Positions 10,151 to 19,775 are shown, counted from the first letter of the stretch. The stretch: 64,000 nucleotides of DNA from Minisyncoccota bacterium (GCA_035546575.1 DASZWN010000002.1:96681-160680); one strand, 5' to 3'. A program made the numbers and translations. The notes: a model not told the origin generated them from the letters alone.

Positions 10151-10183
10151 GCAAACACCCGCCTCAGGCGGGTGTTTGCTTTT
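10151..10183 (+). terminator. Intrinsic terminator
   Basis: GCAAACACCCGCC-TCA-GGCGGGTGTTTGC followed by T run. Confidence 0.8.
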
Positions 10184-10213
10184 GCACTGCAAGATCATGA
10201 TAGTATGTAGGGC

Positions 10214-10447
10214 ATGAAACTATTTACCCATGAGATCCGTGGCCACGTGCTCTTTATATTTTCGTTTGTAGTTGTGCTGCTTGCGTTTATTGCAGTGCTC
10301 GGGGTTTCGATATTCCAAGGCTACATTCGCTGGAGCCTCAACCAAAACTTTACGCTCTTGGGCGGCTGGGAGCTTGAGGCGCTCACTGCGTCTGCTTTTG
10401 CGCTTCTCTTCGGTCTTTTGTATCTCCATCGTACCACCCGCGAGTAA
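10214..10447 (+). CDS. Small two-TM membrane protein
   Basis: Two hydrophobic segments; TAGTAT 7 nt upstream of ATG. Confidence 0.65.
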   Translation: MKLFTHEIRGHVLFIFSFVVVLLAFIAVLGVSIFQGYIRWSLNQNFTLLGGWELEALTASAFALLFGLLYLHRTTRE

Positions 10448-10523
10448 AAAGCTGACAAATTAATCTTTTTCGTGCATAGTAGGATAAGTTTCTGTTCTCA
10501 ACCTAGGCTAAAGAGGTGCGCAC

Positions 10524-11171
10524 GTGCAAAGGATTAACGACTCTTTTCTCAAGATCCTCAATCGTCAGGTTCCGCTCCACAACAAGCGGATTCTCGACAT
10601 TGGATGTGGTGATGGGGAGCGTTCGGCAGATCTAGCCGCCGAGTGCCAATTTCTCGTCGGTATCGATCCGAGCCCTAAATGCATTGCTCGCGCTCGTGAG
10701 CGTCAAATCTCCAATGCGGTTTTTTATCGCTGCTCAATGGAGACGCTTCCGTTTCGGAGTAGACGCTTTGGAGTTGTTTTGTTTGCGTTGTCTCTGCATC
10801 ACATAAAACCACAGAAGATGTCCAAAGCAATCGATCGAGCCATCTCACTTACCCAAAACAATGGCCACATCGTGTTTCTCGAACCTGCATCTGTTGGTTC
10901 GCTATACGAAGCCGAGGCATATTTCGACGCCTGGGACGGAGATGAGCGCGAGCAGAAGAGGGCGGCTCAGGAGGCGATAGAAAAGCACCCTAAGCTCGTT
11001 CTTTTTCAGGAAATGACTGACGAGGTGCGGTTTGAATTCAAGTCCCCGAAGGATTTCGTCGCATCTATGGAACCTAAGCGGAATCATGAGGACATCGAGT
11101 TGTTTCTTAATCGCTACAAGTACTGCCTCACCGCAAAGAGAACAATCTCGATCTTTACGGTGCGGCAATAA
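10524..11171 (+). CDS. Class I SAM-dependent methyltransferase
   Basis: ILDIGCGDG, GIDPS, LPF, SLHH; AAGAGG SD before GTG. Confidence 0.85.
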   Translation: MQRINDSFLKILNRQVPLHNKRILDIGCGDGERSADLAAECQFLVGIDPSPKCIARARERQISNAVFYRCSMETLPFRSRRFGVVLFALSLHHIKPQKMSKAIDRAISLTQNNGHIVFLEPASVGSLYEAEAYFDAWDGDEREQKRAAQEAIEKHPKLVLFQEMTDEVRFEFKSPKDFVASMEPKRNHEDIELFLNRYKYCLTAKRTISIFTVRQ

Positions 11172-11225
11172 ACCGGCAAAGGCCGTCTCCTCGTGAGGCG
11201 GCCTTTTTCTTTTTATTTTTAGATG

Positions 11226-11573
11226 TTAAGCGCGTTCAAGCGTAACTGCAGTCCCATAGGCAAGCACCTCGGTAACGCCGCCCGCAATCTCGGTTGCGTC
11301 GTAGCGGAAGCCGATCACGCCGTTGGCGCCCATCTCTGCCGCGTGCTCCAGCATGAGCTCAAAAGCGTGTTCGCGTGCCTGCTCGCACAAGGCAGTGTAG
11401 AGCGTAATGTTGCCGCCAAAAAGGGTCTGAATGCCTGCACCGATATTACCGACGAGCGAGCGTGAGCGCACGATAATACCTCTTGTGATGCCAAAATTCT
11501 TCACCACTTTATAATGGTCGATCTCGAATGCGGTCGTAACGAGAGCCCGGTCAATTTGGTTTTTCTGTTCCAT
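11226..11573 (-). CDS. YbjQ/UPF0145 family protein
   Basis: [24 protein letters not shown]; start set at ATG 11573. Confidence 0.9.
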   Translation of the reverse strand: MEQKNQIDRALVTTAFEIDHYKVVKNFGITRGIIVRSRSLVGNIGAGIQTLFGGNITLYTALCEQAREHAFELMLEHAAEMGANGVIGFRYDATEIAGGVTEVLAYGTAVTLERA

Positions 11574-11623
11574 ATAACTAAGATAGCACACAGCAAGCCC
11601 CGGCTTTGAGCCGGGGCGGAGCA

Positions 11624-11785
11624 TTACTCCTGACCGGGAGTTGCCGATGCATTGTCAGCAGCAGTGTCTGCGGCTTCTTGAGCGTCAGCTGCTTCGTGCT
11701 CGGCAAAATCTGCAGCTTCTTTTGCATCATCAGCTTCGTGTTGTGCTTCTGCGGCGGCGTCCATTGCGTCTCCTTTGTCTGCCAT
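11624..11785 (-). CDS. Small acidic Ala-rich repeat protein (53 aa)
   Basis: Hand translation [53 protein letters not shown]; A-rich leader; downstream hairpin 11597-11617. Confidence 0.7.
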   Translation of the reverse strand: MADKGDAMDAAAEAQHEADDAKEAADFAEHEAADAQEAADTAADNASATPGQE

Positions 11786-11926
11786 AATGTTGTTGTTTAA
11801 ATAAATAACCGAACGTGAACACTATATACAGAAATTAATGAAGCATAGATGAGTTTATTTTTTGCGCAGTACCTTCAAAGATCGGCGTCGTGTTATACTG
11901 ACTCCCTAATTAATTTCATAACCTAC

Positions 11927-12463
11927 ATGCAAGAGACAAACCTCTACACCGTTACTATCCCGCCGATCAGGAAGTCGCTCCAGGCACTCTCGGGTCTCCT
12001 CGATAAGCTCGACACGCATGCAAGTGCAAAGCAGCTCGATTGGCACCCGCCAAAAATGCAGGAAAGCGCGCTCCTAAATTCGCATCTCATTGCCGACCAA
12101 TTTCCACTTATAAAGCAGATACAAGTGGCTTGCGACAACGCAAAAGGTGGCGCTGCGCGCCTGGCCGAGGTGGAGATCCCAAAGTTTGAGGATACTGAAA
12201 AGACGGTCGAGGAGCTCAAAGCCCGCATCGCAAAGACAATCGCGTTTATCGACACCATCAAACCAGAGCAGATTATAGGAAAGGAGGGCGTTACAGTGTC
12301 GCTCCCATTCTGGGACGGCAAAACACTTACAGGGTTTGAGTACGTAACCGAGTATTTGCTGCCGAACTTTTACTTCCATGTTACGACCGCGTACTCGATC
12401 TTGCGTACCAACGGTGTGGCGATAGGCAAGTCCGACTATCTCGGGCCTTTGCCGCTCAAATAA
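11927..12463 (+). CDS. DUF1993 family (DinB-like) protein
   Basis: QIQVACDNAKG..RLA, LPNFYFHVTTAYSILR..GVAIGKSDYLG. Confidence 0.9.
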   Translation: MQETNLYTVTIPPIRKSLQALSGLLDKLDTHASAKQLDWHPPKMQESALLNSHLIADQFPLIKQIQVACDNAKGGAARLAEVEIPKFEDTEKTVEELKARIAKTIAFIDTIKPEQIIGKEGVTVSLPFWDGKTLTGFEYVTEYLLPNFYFHVTTAYSILRTNGVAIGKSDYLGPLPLK

Positions 12464-12509
12464 TGTAAGAGTGCTATACTTACTGTATTACTACTAGCCA
12501 AGTAATGCT

Positions 12510-12602
12510 ATGGACAACGCAACTACGTGCACGGCGTGCGGTCACGAGCATAAGGAGATGGACGGTTCATGTTCGTGCGGCTGCCAAATGGGCAAGAGCT
12601 AA
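12510..12602 (+). CDS. Putative metallothionein-like Cys/His-rich peptide (30 aa)
   Basis: MDNATTCTACGHEHKEMDGSCSCGCQMGKS; TGCTATACT promoter about 12472-12480; hairpin with T run 12628-12663. Confidence 0.6.
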   Translation: MDNATTCTACGHEHKEMDGSCSCGCQMGKS

Positions 12603-12687
12603 AAATTTCTGCATCTAGGTTACAAAGAAAAGCCGCCCAGGTCATGAAGCCGGGCGGCTTTTGTGTAGTCCGTATAGTACCGTTGAT

Positions 12688-13110
12688 CTAAACGCCGGAA
12701 GGTGCCGATATGCCAGCAATGTCGTCAAGTTTCCGGGTAATCCAGTCGACCGCTTCGCCGGGTCGAACATTGAGCCGCACCATGGCAATCGCCATTTCTA
12801 GGGGAGAGATCGGGGTCGGAACGCCCATCACTACGTTTATAAATCCGTCGATTCTTCCAAAACCCCGGCTGCTCAGTACGTATGTTGCCTCACCGTTTCC
12901 GAGTGGGCGAATCTTATTTTCCAGCTTGCCAAATTGGACTGCATTGTTGCTGCACTCCAGCAACACAATCGCGTCCATGTAGGCGGCGCTCTTCGCGAAC
13001 CCAATCAACTCGTCGAGAATTTTACGAACATCTGCAACCTGGCCACTCTTCAGGCCAAGATTCTCGTTATGCTGGACATAGTGAGCGGCGCTTTCCAGCC
13101 ATTTATTCAT
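12688..13110 (-). CDS. Hypothetical (orphan) protein
   Basis: 140-aa ORF from ATG 13110 with GGAGAGG SD. Confidence 0.6.
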   Translation of the reverse strand: MNKWLESAAHYVQHNENLGLKSGQVADVRKILDELIGFAKSAAYMDAIVLLECSNNAVQFGKLENKIRPLGNGEATYVLSSRGFGRIDGFINVVMGVPTPISPLEMAIAMVRLNVRPGEAVDWITRKLDDIAGISAPSGV

Positions 13111-13241
13111 AGTGCCTCTCCGAGGTTGAAACAAGTCTGCAGGCATAGTGCCACAGAGCATCTTCTGCGTCTAGAGTTATCTTCAGCCTGCAACCTCGAA
13201 AAAGCCCAAAAAATATGTATAATCTGAGGTGTTCTCTATAT

Positions 13242-13313
13242 TCCGCGATAGCTCAATGGTAGAGCAGCGCCCTGTTAAGGCGTTGGTTGTAGGTTCGAGT
13301 CCTACTCGCGGAG
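13242..13313 (+). tRNA. tRNA-Asn (GTT)
   Basis: TCCGCGA/TCGCGGA acceptor, AGCTCAATGGTAGAGC D-arm, GCGCC-CTGTTAA-GGCGT anticodon arm, GGTTCGAGTCC; CCA not encoded. Confidence 0.95.
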
Positions 13314-13470
13314 CAGAATCCCCCGACCCCCGTCTGGGAAACCTCTCGGTTTCCCAACATCTCGCTTCGCTCGATCCTTCCTCCACGGGGGATTCTGTGT
13401 CCGCGTCTGACGCGGCCGCGGGAGGGAAGTGTGGGACACTTCCCGTTAGGACTAGACGCCGGAGCGGGCC
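13314..13470. repeat. Multi-hairpin element downstream of tRNA-Asn
   Basis: 12-bp inverted repeat 13314-13325/13386-13397 plus hairpins TGGGAAACC/GGTTTCCCA, CCGCGTC/GACGCGG, GGGAAGTGT/ACACTTCCC. Confidence 0.55.
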
Positions 13471-13527
13471 CACTGCCACTATAAACATAAAACATAAACA
13501 CAAAAATGTCTGTTATATTATGTAGCA

Positions 13528-15969
13528 ATGGACAAGAGGGTCTTTAGGCTGCTTTTGATTGCTTTCTTCCTGGTTTTGCCTTGGCATAGCGCTTCTGCGG
13601 CGACCACTATCTTCTCAGACAACTTCAACAGCGGCATAGGAACGCTGGCAAGCCATACGCCGAGCACGGTCGGTACGAGCTGGACCCTGCTTATCAACAA
13701 TGGCATGACTCTCAGCGTGAATGCATCTACGCCGGGATATGTGGCGGTAGCTTCTAATGCTCCAGATTCCGGCTCATTTTATACAGCAGACGGCACCTAC
13801 CCAAGTGCCGACTACGAGATATCTATCGACGCAATTTTTGCAGCCGGCGACAGCAACTATACGAGGTCGCTCGGTCTTCGCGTGCAAGATGCCAACAACA
13901 TGTACCTCTTGCGGTGGAGCAACAACACTATGACGATGTACAAGCGCATCTCCGGTACCTGGACCTCTATCGGCTCGGGGAGCATATCTATTTCCGACAA
14001 CACCAATTCTCCGTACTACATAGCAACCATCACGTTTACGGCAATCGGCACTACTCTTACAGGCAAAGTAAACGGGGTTACTAAACTCACCGTGACCGAC
14101 AGCAGTATCTCTGCCACAGGCAAGGCGGGTATCGGGCTCGGCGCTGTAGCGGTGGCTACCGACGACGGCGGCACGGGGGTCGAAGTGGACAATGCATTGG
14201 TGCAAACCGCGGTGGTCGACACTACCGCTCCCTCAGTATCGCTGACTGCGCCCACCGCAAGCGAGGCTACCTCGAGCACTATGACGCTTGCCGCAACCGC
14301 AAGCGACGACGTCTCTGTAGCCGGCGTTACTTTTTATGTCGATGGCGTGCGGCAGGGGAGCGAGGACACCAGCTCGCCGTATGCAGTAAGCTACAACTCC
14401 GCTGGCACCACCACGGGCTCGCACTTTGCTTTTGCGGTAGCTCGTGACACCTCAAACAACTACGCCACTTCCACCTCAATAACCTTTACGGTCGACAACA
14501 CGGCGCCTTCGGTCAGCCTGCTTACTCCCACAGCAAGCGAGGCGACCTCAAGCACAGTTACCCTTTCTGCGTCGGCAAGCGACGCCAACTCGTCGGTGGC
14601 AGGCGTTACTTTTTATGTCGACGGCGTGCGGCAGGGGAGCGAGGACACCAGCTCGCCGTATGCCGTAAATTGGGACTCTACTGCCACCTCGTCCGGCTCG
14701 CATATTGCGGTTGCAGTGGCGCGTGACACGCTCAACAACAGAGCCACCTCAAGCATAACGAGCTTTACGGTCTCTAACACAGGGCCGACCCCAAGCTCGC
14801 TTGCCGCAACACCCGCAACATCTGCAGCAACTATTACCTGGAGCACGGCTTCGCTAGCGTCGTCGAGAGTATTCTTTGGCCCCACTACCAGCTATGGCTC
14901 CTCAACACCGGAGAGGGACACCTCGCCCCGAGTAACGAGCCATAGCATACAAATTTCCGGCCTGCCTTCGTGTACGGCATATCACTATGTGGTTGTTGGG
15001 CGCGACGCCGTGCTTAATACCGCCACGAGCTCCGACAGCACATTCTCAACCGCCGGTTGTACCGGCTCGGCGTCTATCAGCGCAACCGCAGCAGGAACCA
15101 TTACCACGGCATCGGGCGGTTCTCTAACCCAAGGCAGCCTCACACTTACGGTACCCACCTCATTTACCGCAACCTCGTCGTCGGCAGTGTTTCAGGCAAA
15201 TCAAATTGACGGCGCGGCGTTTGCCTCGGGCGCGGGTGCGCCAAGCGGCGTTTCTGCCGCTGGGTCTACGGTATTTCGTCTTGTAGCATTGACCGATGCA
15301 ACCACAACCCTCCCTACCTTTGCCGCAGCGCTCACTATAACTTTGAGTTATACGGCGGGAGATGTTGTAGGTATTAATGAGTCAACGTTAAAGATCTATC
15401 GGTATGATGGCTCAACCTGGTACGCGCTCTCAAACTGCTCGGTAAACACGGGCGCCAGAACAGTCACGTGCAACACAAACAATTTTTCTGACTTTGCGCT
15501 GTTTGGCACCGCATCTGCAGTAAACAACTCCGGTGGCGGCACTAGCACCGCCGCTGGAGCCTTGCCGTGGTGCTCGGGACCTCTGGCGCCGGGGTGGAAT
15601 AGCAATCTGCCAGACGGCGGCTGTGGGATCACAAGCAACCTTTCTGCGGTAGCACTAGCAGCTGCGCTGCCTGCACCGGCACCTTTTGCTCCTGTGTATA
15701 CATTCGCTCGCACTTTGCGCATGGGTTCGCAAGGCGCAGACGTGCAGCAGCTCCAGAAGTTTCTTAACAGCCAAGGTTTTGTACTCGCAGTGGAGGGTGT
15801 CGGCTCGCCAGGTCAAGAAAGCACCTACTTTGGGCGCATAACCTATCAAGCACTGCTCAAGTTTCAAGAAGCGCATGCAGCCGACATCCTCGCGCCGCTC
15901 GGCCTTACCCGGGGGACCGGCATACTTGGCGCTGCAACAATAGCGTTTATACAAAATCAGGCTTCTTGA
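13528..15969 (+). CDS. Secreted surface protein: beta-sandwich domain, two Ig-like repeats, FN3-like domain, C-terminal peptidoglycan-binding domain
   Basis: Signal peptide (ASA-A); two DxTAPSVSL..VAGVTFYVDG..SSPY..ARD repeats; ATITWST..YG..YHY; GADVQQLQKFLN..YFGRITYQALLKFQ. Confidence 0.85.
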   Translation: MDKRVFRLLLIAFFLVLPWHSASAATTIFSDNFNSGIGTLASHTPSTVGTSWTLLINNGMTLSVNASTPGYVAVASNAPDSGSFYTADGTYPSADYEISIDAIFAAGDSNYTRSLGLRVQDANNMYLLRWSNNTMTMYKRISGTWTSIGSGSISISDNTNSPYYIATITFTAIGTTLTGKVNGVTKLTVTDSSISATGKAGIGLGAVAVATDDGGTGVEVDNALVQTAVVDTTAPSVSLTAPTASEATSSTMTLAATASDDVSVAGVTFYVDGVRQGSEDTSSPYAVSYNSAGTTTGSHFAFAVARDTSNNYATSTSITFTVDNTAPSVSLLTPTASEATSSTVTLSASASDANSSVAGVTFYVDGVRQGSEDTSSPYAVNWDSTATSSGSHIAVAVARDTLNNRATSSITSFTVSNTGPTPSSLAATPATSAATITWSTASLASSRVFFGPTTSYGSSTPERDTSPRVTSHSIQISGLPSCTAYHYVVVGRDAVLNTATSSDSTFSTAGCTGSASISATAAGTITTASGGSLTQGSLTLTVPTSFTATSSSAVFQANQIDGAAFASGAGAPSGVSAAGSTVFRLVALTDATTTLPTFAAALTITLSYTAGDVVGINESTLKIYRYDGSTWYALSNCSVNTGARTVTCNTNNFSDFALFGTASAVNNSGGGTSTAAGALPWCSGPLAPGWNSNLPDGGCGITSNLSAVALAAALPAPAPFAPVYTFARTLRMGSQGADVQQLQKFLNSQGFVLAVEGVGSPGQESTYFGRITYQALLKFQEAHAADILAPLGLTRGTGILGAATIAFIQNQAS

Positions 15970-16072
15970 TCCGTCCAGACGTTTTTCTTTATAACCGCTC
16001 GTCCTTGTTGTTCTTATTTTATAGTGTAAACAATCCACTCACTGGATATAGAAGTCCTGTATACTACTTAGT

Positions 16073-16438
16073 ATGAACTACAACCTGAAGGGCACTAATC
16101 TTTCGATTACATCGGAGATCCGCGAGTATTTGGAGAGAAAGATCGGTAGTTTGGATAAGTTGTTGAGCGATACAGATGCTGCGCGTGCAGATATTGAGCT
16201 CGAGTTTTTAAAAGACGAAGAAAAGATGTACCGAGCCGAGGCGATGCTCCATGACCCGCACACCAAAGTTCCCATGCGCGCTGAGGCTCGCGGTACTACA
16301 CTCCACGAGGCTATCGATATGGTGGCGGGGGAATTGTTTTCGGAGCTTAGCCGCGCTAAGAAAAAGCGCGTGCATTTGCTCAGACGCGGCGCCGGACATG
16401 TAAAAGATATTATCCGCGGCTTCCGCGACAGGTTTTAA
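16073..16438 (+). CDS. hpf: Ribosome hibernation factor HPF/RaiA family
   Basis: NLKGTNLSITSEIREYLERKI..RAEA..LHEAID. Confidence 0.85.
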   Translation: MNYNLKGTNLSITSEIREYLERKIGSLDKLLSDTDAARADIELEFLKDEEKMYRAEAMLHDPHTKVPMRAEARGTTLHEAIDMVAGELFSELSRAKKKRVHLLRRGAGHVKDIIRGFRDRF

Positions 16439-16661
16439 AAAAAGCGGCTTGCCGTTTGGCAAGCCGGGGAAAGTGATCCAGGGGGAGCATCGTGCTAAGC
16501 GGCGGTATCCTTTGATCCTTCTGAAGACTTTGAAAGTCAGCTCTCTTTCACGGTGCGCGGCCGGCCGTAATCGAGATAGAATGGATGGATCGCTACGCCA
16601 ATGCTACAACCCCTGAACCAGAGTGAGGCCTGTGTCCTGCTAAGATCAGCCCTCAATCTAT
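16437..16661 (-). ncRNA. Candidate structured non-coding RNA, family unrecognised
   Basis: TTGACT-N16-TATTAT promoter 16694-16667; long stem 16620..16474 whose G-U pairs work only on the minus strand; terminator 16466-16437. Confidence 0.6.
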
Positions 16662-16690
16662 CCTCTATAATACTCTTTTTTTAAATAAAG

Positions 16691-17542
16691 TCAACCGCGG
16701 AGAAAATCCTTATAGCTCATCTCTTTTTTCCCCTCGGGAATTACTTTGAGTATCTCGAGCTTTCCATCTTGCAGTTGCGCATCGGTGATAATCACGCGTT
16801 TTTTCTCTGGAGTCAGAAAATAAGCACGAGGATTTTTGTCGAACGCGCGGATTTTTATCAGCTGCTCGCGCGGGTCGCCATTGAGGTCAATCAACGCATC
16901 TTCGGTCGTAAACTTTTTGGTATACGCCGCAAGAGAGTCGTCTTGCGGCTCGGGTGTGATCTCGCCGGCGATCCAATCACTCATCACCTCTGCAAGCAGG
17001 TTGCCGCCCTCGGTCGCAAGCAGATCTTCGAACATGCTGCCCTTAGGCGGCCATGCCTCTTCTTCCAATTCTACTTTTGCCTGTGCTACAATCGGCCCTT
17101 CGTCCATCTTTTCGCTCATCTGCATAATCGTAACGCCCGTTGTGCGCTCGTCCGCGAGTATTGCAGATACCGCAGGCGAGGGGCCGCGGAACTTCGGCAA
17201 AAGCGAGGGGTGCACGTTGAGACACCCGCGGCGGGGGATATCGAGCACTTCTTTTGGTATCAACTTGTTGTAGGCAGCAACCGCAAATACGTCCCACTCG
17301 GTATTAGCGAGCTCTGCGACAAATTCTGGGTCTTTGAGTGTCGCGGGCGTGAGCACATCGATAGCTCGCTCAAGCGCCCATTCTTTGGCAGGCGATGGCA
17401 TAACCTGCAGCCCGCGGCCGCGTGGCTTGTCCGGCGCAGTTATCACAAGTGCGGGCAAGAGCCCGTGTGCCTCGAGCGCGTCGAGTACCTGCACCGAGAA
17501 TCTCGGCGTACCAAAAAATGCGAACAGAGGTTTGGTGCTCAT
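16691..17542 (-). CDS. fmt: Methionyl-tRNA formyltransferase
   Basis: FFGTP, PDKPRGRG, LNVHPSLLPKFRGPSP, TGVTIM..MDEGPI; start ATG 17542. Confidence 0.95.
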   Translation of the reverse strand: MSTKPLFAFFGTPRFSVQVLDALEAHGLLPALVITAPDKPRGRGLQVMPSPAKEWALERAIDVLTPATLKDPEFVAELANTEWDVFAVAAYNKLIPKEVLDIPRRGCLNVHPSLLPKFRGPSPAVSAILADERTTGVTIMQMSEKMDEGPIVAQAKVELEEEAWPPKGSMFEDLLATEGGNLLAEVMSDWIAGEITPEPQDDSLAAYTKKFTTEDALIDLNGDPREQLIKIRAFDKNPRAYFLTPEKKRVIITDAQLQDGKLEILKVIPEGKKEMSYKDFLRG

Positions 17543-17544
17543 GG

Positions 17545-18090
17545 TTATGCAGGGAACTCTTCGCGCAAATGTACGCGCTCGCTGTCGTCGGTCAGCCGCG
17601 CAGCCTTGTCTATATAGAGTATGCCCTCCAGATGATCGCACTCGTGCTGGAAGATGTGCGCCAGGAGCCCCGATGCATGTTGGAGCACCGGTTTGCCTTT
17701 CTCATCGAGGGCTTTGAGCGTCACCTTTTCGTGGCGCATCACGGTGCCGTATTGTCCGCGCACCGAGAGGCAGCCTTCGGCCATTTCGCGCTTTTTCTTG
17801 GACATGCGCGTGATTTCCGGATTGATGTATATGCGGTTCGGCTCGTCTTTTTTAGAGCGAGTATCTTCCTCGCCACCTTCTTTAAACACGTGGCCCGCAA
17901 CGATAAACATCCTCAGCGAGCTTCCAACCTGTGGGGCTGCAATAGCAACGCCGTACTCTTCATTCGCAAGTGCTTTACTCATCTTAGTGATAAGCAGGTT
18001 TAAAGAGCGGGAGCCGATGTCCTTTTTAGCTATAGCACGGGCGGTCTGCCGCAATACGGGCGCCCCTACCTGTACGATCGTTTCTTTCAC
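17545..18090 (-). CDS. def: Peptide deformylase
   Basis: GVAIAAPQVG, EGCLS, QHECDHLEG. Confidence 0.97.
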   Translation of the reverse strand: MKETIVQVGAPVLRQTARAIAKKDIGSRSLNLLITKMSKALANEEYGVAIAAPQVGSSLRMFIVAGHVFKEGGEEDTRSKKDEPNRIYINPEITRMSKKKREMAEGCLSVRGQYGTVMRHEKVTLKALDEKGKPVLQHASGLLAHIFQHECDHLEGILYIDKAARLTDDSERVHLREEFPA

Positions 18091-18143
18091 TATCTAAATA
18101 TGCCGATTTTCGGGCGTTTGTGCAACGCGGTACAATATAAGGC

Positions 18144-18476
18144 GTGGAACATATCAGCGCACATCTAAGCCAAAAGATAGCTAAAAAACAACGTGCGACC
18201 GAGCGCGGCGAGCTCATGCAATACTTTATGGAAAAGTTAAATCGCGCTCGCGTACGCGACGGCTTGCCGCCGCTCTCGATGCCGCGCATGGGGCGTATCC
18301 TCCAGCTCATTCCTACAAAAGATTTGTACTACCTCAAGAGCGTGTGCGATCAGGCTAACGACTTTTCAAAAAAATTCTGGTGGGAAGTAAAGCCGCAAAA
18401 CCATACACCGGAAGCAAAAGCAAAAGCAGCCGCATATAAACCCAAGAAAAAATTTAATCCCGAATCGTATGACTGA
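18144..18476 (+). CDS. Conserved hypothetical protein
   Basis: 110-aa ORF overlapping the murA start; TACAAT 7 nt upstream of GTG. Confidence 0.7.
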   Translation: MEHISAHLSQKIAKKQRATERGELMQYFMEKLNRARVRDGLPPLSMPRMGRILQLIPTKDLYYLKSVCDQANDFSKKFWWEVKPQNHTPEAKAKAAAYKPKKKFNPESYD

Positions 18477-19701
18477 AAAATTTGTTGTCGAAGGTCTCGC
18501 CGGAGCAAAAACGCTTCGCGGCGAGATAGCGGTCGGCGGCGCTAAAAACGCGGTGCTTAAAATTTTGCCCGCAAGCGTGCTTTTTGAAGATGAGCTGCCG
18601 ATCGATAATATCCCCGATATCGAAGACGTAAAGCGCATGCATGAACTGCTCGAGGCACTCAAGACTAACACTACGGTATTGCGCAAAGACATTGCAGAGC
18701 GCTTCCGTGCCTCAATCGTCTTGTCGGGGCCTGTGCTTGCGCGCTATGGCGCCGTTGAATTTCCTTTTCCTGGCGGATGTGTGCTGGGGGAGCGCTCAAT
18801 CGACCTTTTTCTTGCAGGATTCCGTGCGATGGGCGCCGAGGTTGAAGAAACAGAAAGTTATTTTAAAATCCACAGCGCTGGCCCGCTCAAGGGTGCCACT
18901 ATTGCGTTCCCGCTTGTTTCTGTTACCGGCACCGAGACACTTATGATGGCGGCAGTCTTGGCGCAAGGCGAGACATTGCTCAAGAACGCGGCGATGGAGC
19001 CCGAGATTGCCTACTTGGCACAATTTCTTAACTCCTGCGGCGCGAAGATCGAGGGCGCAGGCACCTCAACTATCCGCATACGAGGCGGCGGCCTTTTGCG
19101 TGCTGGAGACAAAACGTTTGTCGTACCGCCCGACAGGATAGAGACAGGAAGCCTGGCTATTTTCGCAGCGCTTGCTGGCGATGACATTACTATCACCAAG
19201 TGCGATCCAAGTTGGCTTGAGGTGCCACTTGAGCTTTTGCGTCAAGCGGGCGTCAAGATGGATATTGGTCCCAATTCTATCCGCATTACCAAGTCGGACA
19301 TGCCTTACAAGATGGTGTCGGTCCGCACGCATGAGTACCCGGGCTTTCCGACCGATCTCCAGGCACCCATGGCGGTGTTTATGAGCCAGTGCCAGGGTGA
19401 GGGGAGTATCCTTGAAACTATTTTTGACGGGCGCTTTAGATACGTTGATGATTTGGCGGTTATGGGTGCCGATTTGCATGTGATGAATCCGCATCGCGTG
19501 CTGGTGCGAGGGCCTCGCCGGCTTACTCGCAAGAATCTCCAGAGCCCCGACCTGCGCGGCGGCTTGGCCTACCTGCTTGCAGCAACCGTGGCCGAGGGCA
19601 CTTCAACTATAGATAATGCGTACCTGATAGACCGCGGCTATGCGCATATAGAAGAGCGGCTCCAAAAGCTTGGTCTCAACATAAAACGCGAAACTGTCTA
19701 A
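18469..19701 (+). CDS. murA: UDP-N-acetylglucosamine 1-carboxyvinyltransferase
   Basis: GAKNA, RAS, PGGCVLGER, SVTGTE, PDRIE, PGFPTDLQ, DLRGG, IDRGY. Confidence 0.97.
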   Translation: MTEKFVVEGLAGAKTLRGEIAVGGAKNAVLKILPASVLFEDELPIDNIPDIEDVKRMHELLEALKTNTTVLRKDIAERFRASIVLSGPVLARYGAVEFPFPGGCVLGERSIDLFLAGFRAMGAEVEETESYFKIHSAGPLKGATIAFPLVSVTGTETLMMAAVLAQGETLLKNAAMEPEIAYLAQFLNSCGAKIEGAGTSTIRIRGGGLLRAGDKTFVVPPDRIETGSLAIFAALAGDDITITKCDPSWLEVPLELLRQAGVKMDIGPNSIRITKSDMPYKMVSVRTHEYPGFPTDLQAPMAVFMSQCQGEGSILETIFDGRFRYVDDLAVMGADLHVMNPHRVLVRGPRRLTRKNLQSPDLRGGLAYLLAATVAEGTSTIDNAYLIDRGYAHIEERLQKLGLNIKRETV

Positions 19702-19754
19702 AGTCAAGGTACATCGGCACACCAAAGAGATGCTTGGAATAGGTACTTGAAATA

Positions 19755-19772
19755 AGTTTGATATATCAAACT
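19755..19772. promoter_or_regulatory. Perfect palindrome AGTTTGATATATCAAACT (copy 1), putative operator or recombination site
   Basis: Same 17-mer recurs at 20226-20242 on the other side of the TrpR-like gene. Confidence 0.65.
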
Positions 19773-19775
19773 AAA

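Noticed and set aside
16437-16661. raiA-motif RNA or large SRP RNA assignment
   Set aside because: Lies downstream and antisense to hpf/raiA and shows none of the conserved sequences I recall for those families; left unassigned.
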